From positions 31,512 to 95,511 of IMG/VR virus record IMGVR_UViG_3300035204_001027: a DNA stretch of 64,000 nt; one strand, given 5' to 3'. This document shows positions 60,414 through 64,000 of the stretch, piece by piece; position 1 is the stretch's first letter, and the number at the start of each line of letters is the position of its first letter. Origin of the DNA: a virus. Both the position numbers and the translations under genes were made by a program. The notes under the pieces were generated by a model. That model searched no databases. It was not told the DNA's origin and saw nothing but the letters and a program-made list of their open reading frames with translations.

Positions 60414-60800
60414 ATGTCTGAAACAAATTTAATTCATAAATTAATTGCTTCTGGTCAATTAGCTGATGATACTATTCAAGGTAATGTTGGATGGTCTTCT
60501 CCCGGATGGACAGGGGCTCCTATTTATACTTGTCCTGCGTCAGGAGGTGCGGATGTTAAATTTTTTCTATTACATAATACAGATGATACTTACGGTTTAG
60601 ATACCCGTTTTCATTTCTACAGAACGGGTATAGAAGATAGAGTTCTGTATATTAATATTCCTGCTTACGAAACAGCGGAATGGGAATTTAGTTATATTGC
60701 CCATATTAAAAGTGGAGAGTCAATATATGGAAATGTAGAAAGCGGTTATTCTAATAAAATAAATTATTTCCTTTATGGAGCAGAGAATTATCCTAGTTAA
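60414..60800 (+). CDS. Small beta-rich virion protein
   Basis: ORF with GTGTAA upstream, placed before a collagen gene like 18812. Confidence 0.65.
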   Translation: MSETNLIHKLIASGQLADDTIQGNVGWSSPGWTGAPIYTCPASGGADVKFFLLHNTDDTYGLDTRFHFYRTGIEDRVLYINIPAYETAEWEFSYIAHIKSGESIYGNVESGYSNKINYFLYGAENYPS

Positions 60801-60802
60801 AA

Positions 60803-63800
60803 ATGCCAATAAAATTTAATAGATCATCAGCAGCGGGTGGTCCCACTGGTCCTACTGGAGCAACGGGAGCAGGGTCTTCTGTAGCTGGTCCAACTGGTGC
60901 AACTGGAGCAGTTGGAGGAGTTGGTCCGACAGGACCCGGTGGAGGACCCGTTGGACCCACTGGCCCCCAAGGAACGCAAGGTAATATCGGTCTCGCTGGT
61001 CCCGCTGGTGCTGGTGGTCCCGCTGGACCTACTGGGGCGCAAGGAGTACAAGGAAATGCTGGGCCCGCAGGGTCGCAAGGTCCTACTGGAAATACTGGTA
61101 ATATTGGTCCTACTGGAGTAGTAGGACCGCAAGGAAACGCGGGTCCGACTGGTGCAGATTCTACCGTAGCCGGTCCTACTGGCCCCACAGGCGCAGTTGG
61201 GTCTCAAGGAAATGTGGGACCCACAGGCTCCCAAGGTAATCAAGGGGTTACTGGGCCTACTGGAGTAGTAGGACCGCAAGGAAACGCGGGTCCGACTGGT
61301 GCAGATTCTACCGTAGCTGGTCCCACTGGCGCTACTGGTTCAATAGGTCCGACTGGTGCGGATTCTACCGTGGCTGGTCCTGCTGGTCCTACTGGGGGAA
61401 TTGGTCCTACTGGTGATACTGGACCATTAAGTCATGCTGAAGAATTTACGATAACAGTTTCTAACCCCGGCTCTGGAAATAAATTCTATATAGATAGTTC
61501 TCTTACTCCGGATATTAAACTACACAAGGGATTTACTTATAAATTTATTACCTCTGATAGTAGTGGCACTGGTCACACATTTAAAATTTCTACCACTCCA
61601 AATGGAACTCATGGAGGAGGATCTCAATATACAAGTGGTTGGACTGATTATGGTACAGTAGGGAGTTCTGGAAGTTATTCCACGTTTACTGTTCCTCAGA
61701 ATGCGCCTGCCACGTTATATTATTATTGTGGGACTCATTCAGGCATGGGTGGAACCGCAAGCATAACTATTCAAACAGTAGAAAAAGGTGATACAGGAGC
61801 CACTGGAGCGCAAGGAGAATACGGGGGCGATAGCGTATCTTATAAATTCAACACCGAAACTGATGATTGGACTGGGGGATCAAGTACGAGTGATTTCGAT
61901 ACTGGAAATGGCAAGCTAAGATTTAGCGTTGCTTTTATGGGAAGTTATAGTTCAAGCGCCACATATTACCCAAATGATGTTGTACGATATGGGGATGATG
62001 TTCGTCAGATGAAGGCGAATACTCTTTCGTCAGTAACGGCAACTGCTAGTAATGATACTTGGACAAAGGCTGGACATGGTTTTAGTTCTGCGGATGCTAC
62101 TAAAGTTAGGTATATGCCTTCAGGTGTGGGTCCATCTTTGGATACGGAATATTATGTAGGAAGCATAGCTGGAAACGATTTTAAATTATACACAGATGCT
62201 GGGTTATCAAATTTAGTAAATGTTAATAGTAATCTAACCAGTGGAATTTTACAAAAATCAATTAAAAATATATCTCCTGATAATAATTCTTATTGGATGG
62301 ACCACGTTTATACGTATGTTTATTGTGACGTTTTAAACGCTAATTTTGATGATGTAAGAAGATGGCAAAATACTCTAGATGATTCTACAAGCACAGTCAA
62401 GGGGAAAATAAGAGTTTTTAAAGAGAGTGATTCTACTACATTCGCCGTATTTAATACTACGGCGAGTGTTTACAGCAAGAATACTTTAGTATCCGCAACA
62501 GCAAGTAATGATACTTGGACGTTAGCGAATCATGGATTATCAAATGGGGAAGCTATCGTTTTTGCAAGTATGTCTAGCGGTGCCGGACCCATAGTTGGGA
62601 CGACTTATTACGTTGGAAATATATCTGGAAGTGATTTCAAATTGTATACAGACAGCGGTCTTACTAGTTTGCTTGATGTTACTACTGATGTCTCTTCTGC
62701 GGTGTTTGATAAATGGCTCAGAATAGACACGACTCATATAGAAAATCATGGCACATTTTCTGAAAACGATGATGTAATTATTACTTTTTGCGCAGTGGGA
62801 GATAAGGGAGATGTGGGCCCTACTGGCCCTACTGGTTCTATCGGACCCATTGGACCCACTGGTGCAGATGGTGCTGATTCTAGCGTGGCTGGTCCTCCCG
62901 GTCCCGCTGGTGATACTGGTGCAGCTGGTCCTGCTGGTGCAGCTGGTCCTGCTGGTGCAGCTGGTCCTGCTGGTGCAGCTGGTCCTGCTGGTGCAGCTGG
63001 TCCTGCTGGTCCTACTGGTGCAGATGGTGCTGATTCTAGCGTGGCTGGTCCTCCCGGTCCCGCTGGTCCCGCTGGTCCCACTGGTAATAATGGCAGCACT
63101 GGTGCTACTGGTGCTACTGGGGAAATTGGTCCCACTGGTCCTGCTGGTTCTGATGGTTCTAATGGCGGCGCTGGTCCCACTGGTGATACTGGTGCAGCTG
63201 GCGCTACTGGCGCTGCTGGTTCGAATGGCTCAGATGGTTCAAATGGTACCGATGGTGTTACTGGGCCTACTGGCGCTGCCGGAGCGACTGGCGCTGCCGG
63301 AGCGACTGGCGCTGCTGGCGCTACTGGTGCTGCAGGATCAGATGGCTCGAATGGTTCAGATGGTACCGATGGTGTTACCGGACCCGCTGGCGCAACTGGC
63401 GCTGCCGGAGCGACTGGCGCTGCTGGCGCTACTGGCGCTGCCGGAGCGACTGGCGCTGCTGGCGCTACTGGCGCTGCAGGATCAGATGGCTCAGATGGTT
63501 CAAATGGTACCGATGGTGTTACTGGGCCTACTGGCGCTGTTGGGGCAACTGGGCCTGCTGGTGCTGATGGCGATGATGGCTCGGACGGTTCAAATGGTGT
63601 AACTGGGCCCGCTGGCCCAACTGGTCCGGGTGGTGGAGCAACTGGACCTGCTGGCGATGATGGCTCAGATGGCGTAACTGGACCTGTTGGTCCCACTGGG
63701 CCTGCTGGCGCGACTGGCCCTGCTGGTTCGAATGGTTCGGATGGTGACGATGGTGCTGCTGGTGCGACTGGTGCTGCTGGTGCTGCTGGTGCGACTGGCC

Positions 63801-64000
63801 CTGCTGGTGCAGCTGGTCCCGCTGGTCCCGCTGGTCCTGCTGGTGCAGCTGGTCCCGCTGGTCCCGCTGGTCCCGCTGGTGCAGCTGGTCCCGCTGGTCC
63901 TGCTGGCGCGACTGGCCCTGCTGGTTCGAATGGTTCGGATGGTGACGATGGTGCTGCTGGTGCGACTGGTGCTGCTGGTGCTGCTGGTGCGACTGGCCCT
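60803..64000 (+). CDS. Collagen-like fibre protein with cupredoxin-like domain, 3'-truncated (>1066 aa)
   Basis: ATG at 60803 ([16 protein letters not shown]...). The frame reads by hand with no stop to the window end, so it is absent from the track. Contains [13 protein letters not shown]. Confidence 0.88.
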   Translation, partial: MPIKFNRSSAAGGPTGPTGATGAGSSVAGPTGATGAVGGVGPTGPGGGPVGPTGPQGTQGNIGLAGPAGAGGPAGPTGAQGVQGNAGPAGSQGPTGNTGNIGPTGVVGPQGNAGPTGADSTVAGPTGPTGAVGSQGNVGPTGSQGNQGVTGPTGVVGPQGNAGPTGADSTVAGPTGATGSIGPTGADSTVAGPAGPTGGIGPTGDTGPLSHAEEFTITVSNPGSGNKFYIDSSLTPDIKLHKGFTYKFITSDSSGTGHTFKISTTPNGTHGGGSQYTSGWTDYGTVGSSGSYSTFTVPQNAPATLYYYCGTHSGMGGTASITIQTVEKGDTGATGAQGEYGGDSVSYKFNTETDDWTGGSSTSDFDTGNGKLRFSVAFMGSYSSSATYYPNDVVRYGDDVRQMKANTLSSVTATASNDTWTKAGHGFSSADATKVRYMPSGVGPSLDTEYYVGSIAGNDFKLYTDAGLSNLVNVNSNLTSGILQKSIKNISPDNNSYWMDHVYTYVYCDVLNANFDDVRRWQNTLDDSTSTVKGKIRVFKESDSTTFAVFNTTASVYSKNTLVSATASNDTWTLANHGLSNGEAIVFASMSSGAGPIVGTTYYVGNISGSDFKLYTDSGLTSLLDVTTDVSSAVFDKWLRIDTTHIENHGTFSENDDVIITFCAVGDKGDVGPTGPTGSIGPIGPTGADGADSSVAGPPGPAGDTGAAGPAGAAGPAGAAGPAGAAGPAGAAGPAGPTGADGADSSVAGPPGPAGPAGPTGNNGSTGATGATGEIGPTGPAGSDGSNGGAGPTGDTGAAGATGAAGSNGSDGSNGTDGVTGPTGAAGATGAAGATGAAGATGAAGSDGSNGSDGTDGVTGPAGATGAAGATGAAGATGAAGATGAAGATGAAGSDGSDGSNGTDGVTGPTGAVGATGPAGADGDDGSDGSNGVTGPAGPTGPGGGATGPAGDDGSDGVTGPVGPTGPAGATGPAGSNGSDGDDGAAGATGAAGAAGATGPAGAAGPAGPAGPAGAAGPAGPAGPAGAAGPAGPAGATGPAGSNGSDGDDGAAGATGAAGAAGATGP
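62910..64000 (+). repeat. DNA-level tandem/segmental repeats in collagen tract
   Basis: Tandem 18-mer GCTGGTCCTGCTGGTGCA at ~62923-63010. The ~95-nt block at ~63706-63800 repeats at ~63904-64000. Confidence 0.85.

Noticed and set aside
17609-63696. Long antisense and off-frame ORFs over collagen genes (e.g. 45894..46451, 59400..60332, 62746..63696, 62811..63602)
   Set aside because: These are shadow frames produced by the stop-poor Gly-X-Y codon pattern.
1-64000. Alternative genetic code (stop-codon reassignment)
   Set aside because: Long genes are uninterrupted in code 11, and TAA, TAG and TGA all end well-supported genes.

Overview
This window is a fragment of a large lytic-type dsDNA tailed phage genome (host not identifiable from the sequence), almost all on the + strand. 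(1) 1-~8.75 kb is an early region of 17 near-consensus sigma70 promoters (TTGACA-N17-TATATT), most driving leaderless small genes, and 12 of them carry an upstream GC-rich CCCGGG-centred palindrome. It also holds a tRNA-Cys, an ORF-free ~500-nt structured-RNA cluster behind a boxA, an ArfA-like 42-aa peptide and many membrane micropeptides that the ORF track misses. (2) 8.85-17.5 kb encodes PhoH, ClpP, HAD and HIT proteins, a Cys-rich lipoprotein, a phage sigma factor, an ERCC4 nuclease and the large terminase. (3) 17.5-51 kb is a head module (portal, tubulin/FtsZ-family GTPase, protease-scaffold, decoration protein, major capsid) interleaved with collagen-like (Gly-Pro-Thr), RCC1, YVTN and YHYH fibre proteins. 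(4) 51-58.8 kb has four multi-domain glycosyltransferase genes (GT60-like, GT6+FkbM, GT17+GT2/TPR, DUF5672+GT4), followed by more collagen genes. A GTGTAA motif precedes late genes and CCWGG appears strongly avoided. All family assignments come from motif recognition by eye, not database searches.
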